A stretch of 64,000 nt of DNA from Ktedonobacteraceae bacterium. GTDB lineage: Bacteria > Chloroflexota > Ktedonobacteria > Ktedonobacterales > Ktedonobacteraceae. A program made the translations under genes and the position numbers. Below the pieces are notes generated by a model. That model ran no database searches. It was given only the letters and a program-made list of their open reading frames with translations, and was not told the origin of the DNA. The stretch is from contig DASVMX010000143.1 of NCBI GenBank assembly GCA_036384215.1, positions 21 to 64,020 of the forward strand, in the 5' to 3' direction. Shown piece after piece: positions 63,718-64,000 of the stretch; position 1 is the stretch's first letter; each line of letters opens with the position of its first letter.

Positions 63718-64000
63718 CTGCTTTTTGCTTTCTCATCTACATATCCCTGTCACCCTCTTCGTCAAACGGCGGCAAAAGTGGTTCGCGCTCCCCAACAGTA
63801 TTCTGGCGATAACACCGGTAAGAGTAACCATAGAGGAAAAACGAGACCGCGAAGTTGGCGAACTCTCCTCGCCACAGAGCATACTCTCACTTGATTTTTC
63901 CCTGGCAGATGCGTTATTATTTCAGTACCTACTGAAATATTGAACTTGTGAGAGTTTGGAAAGGTAAATTTGCTCCATGCAAGAGGCATATAAGGCAATT

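Overview
All calls below were made by eye from motifs I recognise; no database or HMM search was possible. This is a GC-rich bacterial chromosomal segment. The gene style is reminiscent of Chloroflexota or Actinobacteria, but I cannot assign it without a search.

Layout:
(i) 1-6.4 kb: an APC amino-acid permease that runs off the left edge, a USP-like protein, a NarL/LuxR-type two-component pair and a vWA protein.
(ii) 6.4-6.9 kb: an AT-rich gap containing a tyrosine-recombinase scar.
(iii) about 7-45 kb: an accessory, RiPP-like biosynthetic island.
(iv) 45-64 kb: mostly housekeeping and envelope genes (sigma-70, greA, MoxR-DUF58-transglutaminase triad, acylphosphatase, gatCA, D-Ala-D-Ala carboxypeptidase, GH18-like protein, ECF41-type sigma, phosphoesterases, pth), ending with two aberrant tRNA-like genes.

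The core of the island is five divergent paralogs of about 830 aa. Each contains only the LanB N-terminal (glutamylation) domain, so they are small-LanB / PEARL-like. The island also holds:
- three paralogous STAND/TPR proteins with degenerate P-loops
- a ThiO-like FAD glycine-oxidase homolog, translationally coupled to one of the LanB-like genes
- a radical-SAM-like protein without the cluster cysteines and with a C-terminal RRE-like domain
- an O-methyltransferase and a flavin reductase
- a TldD/PmbA protease pair
- two candidate scaffold/precursor peptides
- a family-5 SBP without a signal peptide, and two MFS transporters
- a regulator combining a MalT-type ATPase, TPR repeats and a SARP module

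No LanC cyclase, SpaB_C eliminase or YcaO is visible. The most interesting hypothesis is therefore a multi-step aminoacyl-tRNA-dependent (PEARL-type) peptide-scaffold pathway with an architecture I do not recognise.

Many long ORFs in the track are antisense or alternate-frame shadows of these GC-rich genes and were rejected.
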